DNA from: Eledone cirrhosa
Taxonomy: Eukaryota
Length of the DNA: 64,000 nucleotides
Direction: 5' to 3'
NCBI GenBank assembly: GCA_964016885.1
Contig: CAXHJY010000416.1
Coordinates: 62,001-126,000, forward strand
Below are positions 1-14,329 of this stretch, piece by piece (within the stretch, counting starts at the first letter, position 1; each line of letters opens with the position of its first letter). The notes beneath the pieces are model-generated. The model was not told the DNA's origin, did not search any database, and saw only the letters and a list, made by a program, of their open reading frames with translations. Made by a program: the position numbers and the translations under genes.

Positions 1-679
1 ACTTCGCTTGCCATTTTCTAAACATATTTCCTTAATAGTAGAAAGGGTAGGTGGAGGTTTGGTGGCGTGTTTGTGTTGTTTTTGTTTTAATATATCTGAC
101 TTATCAAGTGTGTGTGTGTTCTGATGTTCTAACTCTTTCACTCACTGCCTCCATCTCTCTTGCTATTATATGCAAACGGGATTCCACATGCTGGGCGCCC
201 CGCAGTCCTGATATTTTAAAATTTACATTGGATTAGTTTTGTTGAGTGAAAGCGCGTGGCTTAGCGGTTAGAGAATTGGATTTGCAATCATGAAGTTGCG
301 AGTTCAATTCTTGGACTAGGTGATGAGCTGTGTTCTTGAGCAAGACATTTTATTTCACATTGCCAGAAGTTGTGACTGGTAGGTAGTATAAGCAATGGAA
401 AGACCAATGGAAACATTGTTTAGTTGGTCTGATTTGACGAGGTCCACCCCACTTGGCAAGTGAATGAGGTCTGGGATCTTGTCGATCAATCAGAGTGAGA
501 GTTTTGTTGGATGTGAAATCCGAGATATAGGGACTAATAAATCTATTCCAAGGTAACTTCATGTCTGGTTTTCATTTTATTTTATATTTCTTTTTACGTA
601 TCAATTCCTCTGTATCCCCTTTCTTCTTACTGCCACCTGATTTTGTTACCCAGAGATTTATCCATCTGTATTGTAGAGC

Positions 680-1465
680 AAGCATGTCAAACATGCGGCC
701 CTATACAAGCACACCTGTGGCCCACACTAAGGTTTTTCCAGCGCGAGCATGTTTTATCTTTGTATTATAAAAAAAAAATTAGTTGTAATGTGTGCAATTA
801 GTTGTCGTGTGTGGCCCTCAGATATCACATATATGACCCATGTGGCCCTCAGATATCACATATATGACCCATGTGGCCCTCAGATATCACATATATGACC
901 CATGTGGCCCTCAGATATCACATATATGACCCATGTGGCCCTCAGATATCACATATATGACCCATGTGGCCCTCAGATAACACATATATGACTCATGTGG
1001 CCCTCAGATAACACATATATGACCCATGTGGCCCTCAGATATCACATATATGACCCATGTGGCCCTCAGATAACACATATATGACCCATGTGGCCCTCAG
1101 ATATCATATATATGACCCATGTGGCCCTCAGATATCATATATGACCCATGTGGCCCTCAGATAACATATATATGACCCATGTGGCCCTCAGATATCATAT
1201 ATATGACCCATGTGGCCCTCAGATAACACATATATGACCCATGTGGCCCTCAGATAACACATATATGACTCATGTGGCCCTCAGATAACACATATATGAC
1301 CCATGTGGCCCTCAGATAACACATATATGACTCATGTGGCCCTCAGATAACACATATATGACCCATTTGGCCCTCAGATAACACATATATGACCCATGTG
1401 GCCCTCAGATAACACATATATGACCCATGTGGCCCTCAGATAACACATATATGACCCATGTGGCC
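680..1465. repeat. 31-bp minisatellite (~21 copies, 811-1465) expanded within a probable hAT/Charlie-like MITE remnant
   Basis: unit GTGGCCCTCAGATA(T/A)CACATATATGACCCAT; preceded by GCATGTCAAACATGCGGCCC, a Charlie-type terminal motif. Confidence 0.8.
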
Positions 1466-1550
1466 TGTTGTAGAGGCTTCCAGAATGACCATTTTTAGAT
1501 AAATCAAATTAGTCACTGATTAGATTAAAGATTAAAAGATCAATAATAAC

Positions 1551-1685
1551 CTGTGATATTTCTTGTTTAAGTCGATTGATCTCAGTCATCTTTTCTTCCA
1601 CTAGGTTGTGGCTGGTTTGTAAATGGTTTTCCAGATCAACTCGTTCTGTAGTTCTAGATGTGTCACTAGCTATAAGAAGCTCACT
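1551..1685 (-). CDS. EEA1: EEA1-like exon (SELLIASDTSRTTERVDLENHLQTSHNLVEEK...); gene continues left of window
   Basis: tag/gttatt, 135 nt; resembles EEA1 QRADLQNHLDTAQNALQDK. Confidence 0.88.
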
Positions 1686-2597
1686 CTAAATAAGAGGAAG
1701 GGAAAAAAGAAATATTAATGTAAATTAAAAATACATCTTCACCACCCCGCCCCCACCATCATCATCATCATCACAACATTACCATCATCATCATCACCAC
1801 TACATTATTATCATCATCATCATCATCATTACCATATCATCATAATCACAATCATCATCACCACAATACTACCATCATCATTATCATAATCACCACAACA
1901 TTACTATCATCCTCATCACCACAACATTACCACCACCACCATCACCATCACCATCATCATTTAACGTCAATTTGCCCTGCAAACAAGAGATGGATGAGTA
2001 AACCCTGGCCAAGTCAATACTTAGCTAGAGTCACTAATCTCTCAGATGGACCAGGGTTTGATCCCTTATCTGAGTATCACATTATGTTCTTAAGCAAGGC
2101 TCTTCATTTCACATTGTCCGCTGAAATAATTGCTACTGGCAGCAGCTATAGGTTAACCTTGTAACAAACTGGTATTCCATCTAAGAGAATGTCTTCTACT
2201 CTCAGTCACTTAATACCTCAGGAAACTAAGTATAAGTTTCAGCCTGAGACATGATAGTCATGGCTGGAAGGCCTTTCATCATAATTTTGTTCAATTGGGG
2301 TGGAGCTGGAGTTAAATAATGGTTCTGATTTAGACACAAAGCCAACAATTTTGGTAGGAGGGGGGGGGGGAGTTGATTACATCGATCCCAGTGCATTACT
2401 GGTACTTTATTTTATCGATCTCGAAAGGACGAAAGGCAAAGTTAACTTACGTTGGAATTCAGAACATAAAAGGGCCATAACTATATGCAGCAAAGCAAGT
2501 TGTCTGATGCTCTACCAATTCTGCCAATCCACTGCTAGACTTAAATAATAACAACAACAACGATTGATTTTAATGAAAGTAAGAAATAACATCTCAC

Positions 2598-2828
2598 CTT
2601 AGTTTGTAGTTCACCTTGGAGTTGTTGTGTTTGAAGCTGGAGATTGGTAACTTTGTCAGTTTTCTCTTCAATATTTGATTCCAACTTCTGAACAAAGTCG
2701 TTTTTACTATCAAGTTCACTTTTAACATCTTGTAATTCTGTATGCAACGATTCAATCTCTTGTGAAGATTCCGTACATTTTCTATCAAGTTCTTGTTCTA
2801 AGTTGGTCACCTTTTCAGTCAGATTATT
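2598..2828 (-). CDS. EEA1: EEA1-like coiled-coil exon (NNLTEKVTNLEQELDRK...LQTK)
   Basis: tag/gtgaga, 231 nt, phase 0/0. Confidence 0.88.
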
Positions 2829-3297
2829 CTAGAAAAACACACCGGAAACCAGGATTCATAATTTTAAAATTGTATCTTAATAATGACATAATAATAATGA
2901 AAATTATTGAGTATAGTACTGAGATACACTACAACTCAATCAAAAGTGCATGTATAGTACATAGAATAATGTATAAAAGTTGGTTACTTTTTCAGTCAGA
3001 TTATTCTAGAAAAACACACAACAGAAACCAAAATTAATAATTTTGAAAAGTTTTGTATTCTTTTTACAAAATTCTATTGATTTGCTTCTTTTGTAAATAG
3101 TTTATTAAGTTTTCATGATTAAATTTTTAAAAATTAATTATTTATTAATAATTTATTAAGTTCTCATAATTAATTATTTATGAATAAAATATTAAGTCTT
3201 CATAATTGTTAGCTTGCTGCCTGACAAAGCTGTATGTATACCAAAAAAGTTGAAAATAAAATATAATGTTAAGAAAACATTATAATAAAGTACCTAC

Positions 3298-3351
3298 ATT
3301 TTCTTGCTTTAGTTGATTGATAGCAGTTTCTGCACCTTCTCCAGCTTCAAT
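3298..3351 (-). CDS. EEA1: EEA1-like exon (IEAGEGAETAINQLKQEN)
   Basis: cag/gtaggt, 54 nt; resembles EEA1 KIQAGEGETAVLNQLQEKN. Confidence 0.92.
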
Positions 3352-3611
3352 CTGTAATAACATAAATATGATATAGGAACATAAAATATATTAATACTAT
3401 TATTACATAAATACATGAATTGAGGGGGATTTAACAGAGATGGGAATGGTGTCAATGGTGGTGGTGGTGGTGATAATGATGACGATGCTGATGATTGTGG
3501 TGGTGGTGGTGATGATGATGGTGATAATGAATATGATGGTGGTGGTGGTGGTGGTTGTGGTGAGGATGAGGATGATAATGGTGATAACAGTAGTAATAGT
3601 TCTGATCAAAC

Positions 3612-3705
3612 CTTGTTAATTAAATCAGTTCGTTCTTCCTCAAGTCGTTGAATATCTTTTCGTAGAGTTTCTGCTTGTTCTTCAATATCCTTTAATTTTT
3701 CTTCA
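3612..3705 (-). CDS. EEA1: EEA1-like exon (EEKLKDIEEQAETLRKDIQRLEEERTDLINK)
   Basis: cag/gtttga, 94 nt, phase 2/0. Confidence 0.87.
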
Positions 3706-3825
3706 CTGTACAAAACACAATGTATAAATGTTAAACATTTCAGCTAATGTCACTTATAAACTCTAACTACATATCACTAAACTTAATTCATATATATTAT
3801 ACTAAGCACCATATACATATGTTAT

Positions 3826-4010
3826 AATTGTTTCTACTTTTAGCACAAGGCCAGCAATTACCCAGTACATTACTGGTACTTTATTTTATCGACCCCGTAA
3901 GGATGAAAGGCAAAGTTAACCTCAACGTGATTTGAACTCAGAATGGCAAGGGCCGTAACTATGCATCAAAGCATGGCGTCCAACCCTCTACCGATACTGG
4001 CAATCCACCA
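3826..4010 (-). mobile_element. tRNA-derived SINE family A copy
   Basis: matches 47187-47371 (CTTTCATCCTTACGGGGTCGATAAAATAAAGTACCAG core); further copies near 2300-2530, 7955-8068, 9943-10265, 18800-18985, 56800-56985. Confidence 0.85.
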
Positions 4011-5024
4011 CGTTATAGTAAACTCCAAACATATCATCATAGTCATTTCATGTCTGCTTTCTCTGGTAACTAGGGTTGGATGGGTCTACAGAGACCATGA
4101 CAGTATTGAAGCTGGGCTACTGACCTCCCAGACAGGCTGAGGGGTCTGTATTCTACTTACATACGGTCATATCGAGTGCAGAGGAAAAGTTGTTGTGTCT
4201 TTTGACACAAACTGAAGGGTCCTCCTAATCCCTTGTTTGGCAAGCTTTGTATGGCTGGCTAGCTCCCTAACTCCAACTCCTTTACAGCTTTATTTTGTAG
4301 ATCATTAGCACTAGAGATGCTGTCATGTCCTTGACACAACTAAAGAGTCCTCCTAACCTATATATCACAAAATTCCTTACATATATAATACTATACTCCA
4401 TATATACAATACAAAACTCCATATATATATAATACTAAACTCCATATATACAATACAAAACTCCATATATATATAATACTAAACTCCATATATATATATA
4501 TATTACATATTACTAAAATCCATATATATATATATAATACTAAACTCCATATATATATATAATACTAAACTCCATATATATATATAATACTAAACTCCAT
4601 ATATATATATAATACTAAACTCCATATATATATATATATAATCAAACTACATACACAAATACTAATAAGCCCAATAATCAAATGCTACTGAATTCCATAT
4701 ACAAATGTCACTGGATTCTCTATATGTGTGTGTGCTTGTGTGCATTACTAAACTCCATATTCAAATGTTACTGTTTGTATGTGTGTGTATATGTATTACT
4801 AAACTCCATATTCAAATATTACCGAAGTTTGTGTGTGCATGTGAGTGTATGTCACTAAACTTCATATTTAATTGTTACTAAACTGTGTGTTTGTATGTAC
4901 ATGTATGCTACTTATTTCTATATACAAATGTTACTGTACTGTGTATGTATTACTAATCTCTGTATACAAATGTTACTAAACTCCAATGGTTGTTACCATA
5001 GACATGTAATATAGAAACACCTAC

Positions 5025-5107
5025 CTTAAGGCAAACTTGCGCAAACTTTCTTGAAGTTGGGTTGATTTTTCCCGTAGCTCTCCCTTCAGTTCATCATTGA
5101 ATTTATC
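5025..5107 (-). CDS. EEA1: EEA1-like exon (DKFNDELKGELREKSTQLQESLRKFAL)
   Basis: tag/gtaggt, 83 nt, phase 0/2. Confidence 0.85.
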
Positions 5108-6074
5108 CTATTCAGTAAGAATAATCAAATTTCTATAATTGTTCTCAGTATTTAGACACAATCACATTAATGGGGTTATAATAGAGCCTCTGTGTGGCCA
5201 AGTGACTTGGTACAGTAACAGTCAAAACTCCTCAAGCTCCCTATCAACTTAGCCTTTTTTCTGACTCCATTCCTAATGAAATAACACTCTGTTTCAATTA
5301 ATTAACAAATTTGAAGGATTTACCAAAATTAATAATTTTTCTCATTACTAAAATAGTAATTGAACATATAATTCTTATTTAAAAATGTATTGGAAGATTT
5401 TGATTTAAACAGAAACTCTTTAAAATGGATGGTTTTATTTCATAGAACCAGAAATGGTTTTGGTAACAAAAGGCTTAAAAAAGAAAGGACACATTGGATA
5501 ATGCAGGCATAGATGGAATGGTTACAACCAGAATACCTTTGATCATAGGTTAGCTTAATAAGGGCAAACCTGGGGTTAAACAGCAACAATCTTAATTTCG
5601 TTAAGGTAACTATTGTAGTTGTTGTTATTGCTGTTATTGCCAATGTGGTCAACTATGCTTGAGACCATAAACCATCATGAAATCTAAGCAATAATTGGAT
5701 GTTAAACAATGATAATGATGATATGCTACATCTTAGACATAAACCATTTTTTATAGCATAAACTTATAAGAGACAAGTCAGTGAAGAGCCACTATTCAGT
5801 TGCTTGACCTTCGAGATGGAGCAGAAAATCTTTCTCAAATTACAATACAGCCCAAAAGAGGACACATTTGGTAATGTCATCTTAGATGCATTATATCAGA
5901 AAATAATACAAGATTGGCAAGGCTGGAATGGAATGGTTGATTAGAGCTGACCTGGGGTCTAAACAACAACCAGTAGGAGTGACTGAGTTGTCAAAGGAGA
6001 CTTCATATGTCACATGATCTCCTGAATGTAGTGACCTAATGTCCTTAAAAATGAAATTGAATCAAAATTAGACT

Positions 6075-6370
6075 AAATATTTTAAGTCTTAATCTTAGGA
6101 TAGTAATAGGCAAAAGATAGGATTATATATTTCAAGTCTTAAATCTTAAGATAGTAATAAGCAGAAGAGAGGACAACATATTTTAAGACTTAAATCTTAG
6201 AATAGTAATAGGTAAAAGAGAGGACTACATATTTTAAGTCCTAAATCTAGGATAGTAATAGGTAAAAGAAAGGACTACATATTTTAAGTCCTAAATCTAG
6301 GATAGTAATAGGTAAAAGAAAGGACTATATATTTTAAGTCCTAAATCTAGGATAGTAATAGGTAAAAGAG
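6075..6370. repeat. ~50-bp tandem repeat, ~6 copies
   Basis: unit ATATTTTAAGTCCTAAATCTAGGATAGTAATAGGTAAAAGAAAGGACTAC. Confidence 0.85.
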
Positions 6371-7084
6371 CCTCATTGAATTGTCAGTAGAATGATGATA
6401 TTCAACCTGGACAGACATGAAAGACATCTTAAACATTCATTGTTGTTTATCCCATGACAGCCTTGATCAGATAAACCTATAATTAAAGACATTCCGCTAT
6501 GACTATCTCAGACACAGTGCATTAAGGACTAGATTATCCAATGTCTTTCCTTTCTTAAGACCACAGGGCATAATTTGAGGGAGATTTGGCTACTATTCCA
6601 AACTAGAGGTTCTTTCTTGGCTTGAGATAAAACATTTATTGTAGATGCAAATAGTGGTGAAATAAGTAGACTAGATTGCATAGAGTAGAGAGAAGATTGA
6701 GCTACAATAACTTGAGTCTAGAGAGAGAATGTACATATGTAACATGTCTGTGTGTGGAGCATGTAGTTAGAAGTAAAGTGTACAGAGAATGTGACAGCTT
6801 TTGCTACAGGCATACTTCTAACATGGCTGTTTGGTTTAGGGATTAACAGATAAGCAGATTTAGCTTAACTATAGTGGTAAGAAGATTTCAGGAGAGCTAG
6901 ACAGTAGAAGGTCTTCAAAGAAGAAACCCCACTCAAGAAAGTGTTTCAGTCCTTAACTCCGGCCCTTATATAGGATAAAAAATGTTTCCTCTCATGTAAT
7001 TCCAGTTTACTATTTCAATGCTTAAATATTCACAAAACATAAATAAATAAATAACAAAATGGAACCATTATTTATTTTACTTAC

Positions 7085-7171
7085 TTTTGCTGTAAATTGC
7101 TGATTCACCATTTCCAGTTCTCGTTCTAAATCTTTTACTTGGCCTTGGCTGATTTCTATGGTACCTTGAAG
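7085..7171 (-). CDS. EEA1: EEA1-like exon (LQGTIEISQGQVKDLERELEMVNQQFTAK)
   Basis: tag/gtaagt, 87 nt, phase 0/0. Confidence 0.85.
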
Positions 7172-7199
7172 CTAGAAAACAAAACAAACAACAATGACA

Positions 7200-7950
7200 T
7201 AACATTATAGAAACTACATTAAAAAATAAAACATTATATAAACTACATTATATAACTAAATTACTAACTAAAACATTATATAACATCTAACACTACATTA
7301 TATAAACTATATTAACAACTAAACATTAAATAAATTACATTATATAACTACATTATATAAACTACATGATATACCTACATTACTCACTAAAACATTATAT
7401 AAACTACATTATATAACATCTATATTATATAAACTATATTAACAACTAAACATTAAATAAATTACATTACATAACTACATTATATAACTAAAATTACATT
7501 ATATAAATTAAATTAAAAACTACAACATTATATACACTAAATTATATAACAACTAAATAACTAAAACATTACAACTAAACATTATATAATTAAAACCACA
7601 TTACATAAACTATATTATATAAAATCACATTATATAACAAATAAAACTATTATATAAGCTACATTACTACCAAAACGTTATATAACTACATTATATAAAC
7701 TATATTATGTAACAACTATATACAACTAAAACCGCATTACATAAACTATATTATATAAACTACATTATATAAACTACATTATATAAACTACATTATATAA
7801 CACTACATTATATAAACTACATCAACAACTAAAACAAACTATATTATATAAAGTACCTTATATAAATTACACTATTATATAACAACTAAATCATAAACTA
7901 TATTATATAACAAGTAAAACATTATATAATAACTAAACATTATATACACT
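7200..7950. repeat. degenerate AT-rich tandem repeat (AACTACATTATATA-like)
   Basis: direct inspection. Confidence 0.8.
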
Positions 7951-8734
7951 ACATTCAAATCCCGCCGAGGTTCACGTTGCCTTTCATCCTTACAGGGTCG
8001 ATAAAATAAAGTACCAGTAATGTACTGGGTAATTACTGGCCTTGTGCCAAAAAAGTAGAAACAATTATATATACTACGTTAACAACTCAAATAATTTCTA
8101 CATTTTAGACAAGCTGTCTTCTCTTTTTAACAGTTACAAGCCATGTTTCCTTTGTAGTTTTTGAACATTTTAAATATAATAGGAGGTGATGAATATGGAG
8201 GCATTAGAAGGTGAAATAGAATGCTTTGCAGTTTCATTCTGGCTCTTTGCATTCTTGAGTTCAAATCTCAACTTGTCTTTCATCTTTTGAGGTCAATAAA
8301 AAAAAATACCAGCCCAGTACTGAGGTTGATTCTTCCTCTATATTCTTTCCTCACTTCTCCCACAATCTCTCCTTCTCTGAAAGAAATTGGCTTTGTTCAG
8401 ACCTGGAGAGGGATGGTCCCCACCAGGTTTTTAACATGCCAAGACATGCTGCATGTCACTACAGTGCCGCTACAACTACATCAGGAGTTAAAATCTACAC
8501 ATACTTATATAAATGTTCCTTACAACAACAATAAGCATTTTAAGGCCATTTTCTATACTGAAGCAGGGGGTTAGTCTTGTAAGTAAGCCCCATATCAGTC
8601 TTCCTTGTGTTAACCCTTTTAGTCACTTCTTATGACTTGCAGAGATATGGCATACCTATTTTAAACCTGGTGTACACAGCTTTCCCATGCCTTACAAAAC
8701 ATATAAAAATACAACAGAACAAGAGGTTTCATAC

Positions 8735-8872
8735 CTTGTCAGCTTGTAGTTTCATCTCATTCATGGACTGTTCTTTTTTATGCAGCTGATTCTGCATGTC
8801 AGTGCGCATTTCTGCCAGTTGAGTTTGAAGTGTAGAAATTTCTGAATTCCTTTCAGCAACAGTTTTATCCAA
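8735..8872 (-). CDS. EEA1: EEA1-like coiled-coil exon (LDKTVAERNSEISTLQTQLAEMR...ADK)
   Basis: cag/gtatga, 138 nt, phase 0/0. Confidence 0.87.
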
Positions 8873-9486
8873 CTGAAAGAAAGAGACATGAGTAAGTTAT
8901 GTGTTGACTGGAGCCACTATTGCTCGAGGCTGGTCGGTAAGAACTTGTGGGGATTTAGTACACTTGTGATTATCAAAATTTAAAAATATATAATTACGGT
9001 TTCTTGAATGCAGTCTTATTATATTACAAGTAACTTAATGCAGCCTTTCAACATGAAAAGGTTCCCATAAAATTTGTAAAGTGGTCGTGTAGGTGTCCCA
9101 ACAAAAAGCACCCAGCCCACACTGTAAAGTGGTCATGTAGGTGTCATGACAAAAAGCACCCAATCCACACAGTAAAGTGGTCATGAAGGTGTCATGACGA
9201 AAAGCACCCAGTCCACACTGTAAAGTGGTTGTGTAGGTGTCACAACAAAAAGCACCCAGTCCATACAGTAGTGGTCATGTAGGTGTCACAACAAAAAGCA
9301 CCCATCACTCACTATAAATGTGCTTGGCGTTAGGAAGTGCATACAGCTGTAGAAATCAAGCCAGAAACAGTTCTGCAAGGCATGCTCAACTGACCCAACT
9401 TTCCTCAAACAGGACAACCCCTCTAACCCATGCTAATGTAGAAAAATGGACATTAAATGATGATAATGATAACATAAATGAGGTAC

Positions 9487-9654
9487 CTTTATAATCCGTT
9501 CATTAGTTTCTTTCAATTTATTCTCCTTTTCCTCTAGTAATTGTTCTAAAGATGATGTCTTCCCTTTTTTCCCATCAAGGTGACAATGGAGTTCATTAAT
9601 TTTATTAGAATGTTCCACTGACAGGTTTTGGTATTTCTTACAATCTTCTTTTAA
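9487..9654 (-). CDS. EEA1: EEA1-like coiled-coil exon (LKEDCKKYQNLSVEHSNKINE...IIK)
   Basis: cag/gtacct, 168 nt, phase 0/0. Confidence 0.85.
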
Positions 9655-10439
9655 CTGAAACAACAAAATAACACAACTGAATATGACATTGTTTTCTTCA
9701 TGTTAGTGACATACTAACAACAATTGTTTTAAGGACAATTTCCCCTGCTAAAGCAGATAGTTAGCCTTGCAGGCCCCTATCAGAAGCTTCATATTCATAG
9801 GGTCCTTTTTGAGGTAATGTTTTATATTCGGATGCCTTTCCTGCAGTCAACCTTTTTAGTTGCCTCAGACAACACAGGTATAGGGTATACCTATTCTAAA
9901 CCAGATATATACAGTAGGTTAGTGACACATTAAATGAAGTAATAATTGTTTCTACTTTAGGCACAAGGCCGGCAATTACTCAGTGCATTACTGGTACTTT
10001 ATTTTATCGACCCCGTAAGGATGAAAAGCAAAGTCAACCTCGGCGGGATTTGAACTCAGATCGTAAAGGGACGTAACTATGCTGGAAAGCATGGTGTCTG
10101 ACCCTCTACTGATACTGCCAATCCGTAATAATGATCTCTGATTTAGTCACAAGGGCAACATATATTTGGAGGTGGGGGGGTCGTTTAAATCGACCCCAGT
10201 GCATTATTGGTACTTTATTTTATTGACTCCGTAAGGATGAAAGTTAAGCTAACCTCAGCGTGATTGAAGTAATAATAGAATTTGTTGTAATATCTTTATT
10301 TAAGGAAAGAAAGATCAAGTTTATATCTGTGACCAGATGCTTTTTGAAGATTTCAATGTGTATATAAATTGTTGGAACAAGTGTCTATATACATCTAGAT
10401 GTATTTCTGGCAGTTAACCCCTTTGTTTCATATTTCTCC

Positions 10440-11040
10440 GACCTCACACACTTACACCTCTCCAAGACAATGTCACTGGACCGAGACCTTTGGCGGTACT
10501 CAGTAATAGAGAAGACCCGCCTTACCTAAATACAAAGTAAAACCTACTACAGTCAGTAGGCATCTCTAACAAAATACACCCCCGTCCCACCACCCCCACC
10601 CCATCCCATCCACACCGCCCCTTTCAATGTAAAGTTATGTTGGTGCCACAACATCCAGGCCGAAACAAATGAGATCGTGTAGGTGTCACGACAAAAAAAC
10701 ACACAGTTCACGCTGTAATGTGGCCGTGTAGGCAACACGGTAAAAACCTCCCAGTCCCACACTGTAAATGTGGTTGGTGTTAGGAAGGGCATCCAGCTGT
10801 AGAAAACCCGCCAGACAGTCCACGCTGTAATGTGGCCGTGTAGGCAACACGGTAAAAACCTCCCAGCCCCACCCTGTAAATGTGGTTGGTGTTAGGAAGG
10901 GCATCCAGCTGTAGAAAACCCGCCAGATAGTCCTATGCGAGCAAGATAATCACTCTTGCCTCAAGTGGGAAAACCCCCGTCCAAACCCATGCAAGCGTGG
11001 AACACGGACGTTAAACGATGATGATGATGATGATGATGTA
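10440..11040 (+). mobile_element. RTE-LINE 3' end fragment with internal duplication, ending in (GAT)n
   Basis: homologous to 15400-15875 (-) and 36435-36810 (-); the latter reads KCRAIKIDGSHGVGRPRKTWDD (RTE C-terminus). Confidence 0.8.
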
Positions 11041-11169
11041 AATATATTTCAAATAGTTTCGAAAAATATATATATTTTTTTTAATTGAAGATATTCAATA
11101 AAATAAAAAAAACGTTTTCATTAGTAAGCTGCTATTTAACAAAACTTTCTTTTAAAATAAGCAGTCTTG

Positions 11170-13095
11170 TATCTGGGGGAATATCATAGTGGTCCATAGG
11201 TGTGCAAGAAATAGCAGCTAAATAGGAGGAACCTCATGGTGGTCTATAGGTGTGCTAGAAATAGAAGCTAAACAGGGGGGAACTACATCGGCTAAACAGG
11301 GGAAACATTATATTGGTCCGTAGGTGTGCTAAAAACAGCAGCTAAATAAAGGGAACAACCCATAGGTGTGCTAGAAATTGCAGCTAAATAGGGGAAAGCT
11401 CAAGGAGGTCCATAGGTGTGCTAGAAATAGTAGCTAAGTAGGGGAAACCTCATGGCAGTCAATAGGTGTGCTATATATAGCAGCTAAATAGGAGGAACCT
11501 CATGGTGGTGTATAGGTGTCCTAGATATAGCAGCTAAATAGGAGAAACCTCATAGTGGTCCATAAGTGTGCTAGAAATAGCTACATTAGCTAAAAAGGGA
11601 GAACCCCATGATGGTCCATAGGTGTGCTAGAAATAACAGCCAAATAGGGGGAACCACATAATGGCGCATAGGTGTGCTAGAAAAAGCAGCTAAATATGAG
11701 GAACTTCATGGTAGTCCATAAATGTGGTAGAAATAGCATCTAAACAAGGTATCTTATGGTGGTCCATAGATGTGCTAGAAATAGCAGCTAAATAGGGGGA
11801 ACCTTATGGTGGTCCATACGTGTGCTAGAAAGAGCAGCTAAATAGGGGGAAAGCTCAAGGAGGTCCATAGGTGTGCTAGAAATAGTACCTAAATAAGAGA
11901 AACCTCATGGTGGTCAATAAGTGCATTAGAAATAGCAGTTAAATTGGGAGAACCTCATTGTGGTTCAAACGCATGCGAGAAATAGCAACTACATTAGTTA
12001 AAAAAGGAGAACCTCATAGTGGTCCATATGTGTACTAGAAATAGTAGCCAAATAGGAGGAACCTCATGGTGGTCCATAAGTGTGGGAGAATAGCAGCTAA
12101 ACAGAGAAAACCACATGGTGGTCCATAAGTGTACTAGAAATAGCAACTACATCAGCTAAACAGGGGGAACCTATGGTGGTCCATAAATGTGCTAGAAATA
12201 GTATCTAAATTGGGGGAACCTCATGGTGGTCCATAGGTGTGCTAGAAAAAGCAACTAAATAGGTGAAACCTCATGGAGGTTCATAGGCGAGCTGAAAATA
12301 GCAGCTAAATAAAGGGGAACCTCATGATAGTCCATAGGTGTGCTAGAAATAGCAGCAAAATAGGAGAAACCTCATGCTGGTCCATATTTTAAGACTTAAA
12401 TCTTAGGATAGTAATAAGTAAAAGAAAGGACTACATATTTTAAGTCCTAAATCTAGGATAGTAATAGGTAAAAGAGCCTCATTAAATTGTCAGTAGAATG
12501 ATGATATTCAACCTGGACAGACATGAAAGACATCTTAAACATTCATTGTTGTTTATCTCATGACAGCCTTGATCAGATAAACCTATAATTAAAGACATTC
12601 CAGCTATGACTATCTCAGACACAGTGCATTAAGGACTAGATTATCCAATGTCTTTCCTTTCTTAAGACCACAGGGCATAATTTGAGGGAGATTTGGCTAC
12701 TATTCCAAACTAGAGATTCTTTCTTGGCTTGAGATAAAACATTTATTGTAGATGCAAATAGTGGTGAAATAAGTAGACTAGATTGCATCGAGTAGAGAGA
12801 AGATTGAGCTACAATAACTTGAGTCTAGAGAGAGAATGTACATATGTAACATGTATGTAGGTACATAGAAATAGCCGCTAAACAAGGTATCTGATGGTGT
12901 TAGGAATAGCAGCTAAATAGGGAAAACCTCATGATGGTCCAAAGGTGTGCTAGAAATAGCAGCTACATTAACTAAAAAGGGATAACCTGATTGTGGTCCA
13001 TAGGTGTGCTAGAAATAGCAGCTAAATAGGGGAAACCTCATGGTGATCCATAGGTGTGCTAGGAATAGCAGCTAAATATGGGGAATATCATGGTG
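11170..13095. repeat. ~50-bp diverged tandem array interrupted by a 470-bp insertion
   Basis: unit approx GGTGGTCCATAGGTGTGCTAGAAATAGCAGCTAAATAGGGGAAACCTCAT. Confidence 0.85.
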
Positions 13096-14329
13096 TAAAA
13101 CCTGGGCTGGTTTCAGGCATACTGCTATCAATAGGGTAAAACCTTTCAATTTACGATCTTTGAATACAAAAACAGGGAATGCAACAACCACTCAACCATA
13201 AACTAGGAAGTCACTTAAATGTTTTCATTTTTTTCTTAGTATTGAACAATGAAGTCTAGTAAGGGTTATTATTTATAAATAAAACAGACTTCTTTACAGT
13301 TTCTATCCACCAAGTTCCATCCTCAAAGTATTGGTCAACTTAAGGTTATAATAGAAGACATTTCCCTAAGTTGCTGCATAAAGAAATCAAATCCAGGATC
13401 ACCTATTTGTGAAAAAGCTTAACCACATCACCATATTTGTGTCTTTACAAGGGAAATTCTAATATTAAGTAACAACATAACTGAGAGGAATGAGACAGAT
13501 GTAAAACAGGGTTGTGAAGCACTCTTTCAGCCAAGAACTCTTGTAGAAATCAATTGTTTTATTCCTTACTTGTAGACCCATACCTTCAATAATGACAGCG
13601 ACAGAGCTGAATGTATTTAATTTTTGAAGTCCAGGATTGGCATGCCAATATATACCAGGATTAACAGATATATGAACAATCATACAAACTGGGTAATTTG
13701 TGCTTTGATAAATTAATGATTTGCATAAGAGAAACCCTACAGTTTATGTTGGTTACTGACATGTGGAAGTGATTAGTGATAAGAATGATATTTTAATAAT
13801 TCATTTCAAGGATATAATTACATAAATGTTCAGCATGTATGTACAAATGGCATACAGGATTAAATGTTTGGGTAACTTTGGAGAAATAACTATTTACAGT
13901 GGCAAATGTAGAGTAGCTTGTGATTGGATAGTGAACTTCTTATTGTAGCAACATGACTGAGGTAGGAAATGCATTGTGTTTATGTGTGTAAAATGTCAAA
14001 TCTTACAGATGGAGATATATATATATATGTTCATAGGCTGATTATGAAGGAGTGATGCTAGAGCTGTGAAATCTTGCATGCATTAATTACAACTCTTATT
14101 AATAATAACTGCATTGTTTCTTTCCAGGGACTATGTTGAAAACTAAACCTCATTTGGTCATTCTATGAGAGTATCTTGGTCAGTTAATTAAGTTTTCAGC
14201 TGACTCATGTATTATTGTGGTTGATTATAAACTAAAAATTAACATTTTTAAAGATTTTAATGATTTTTGTCAAATGTAAAAATATATTACATGAAGAAAG
14301 TAGTTATAACAACAGAAAAATAAACTTAC

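Noticed and set aside
811-1465. CRISPR-like regular 31-bp repeats
   Set aside because: Head-to-tail units with no unique spacers, no cas genes, eukaryotic intron
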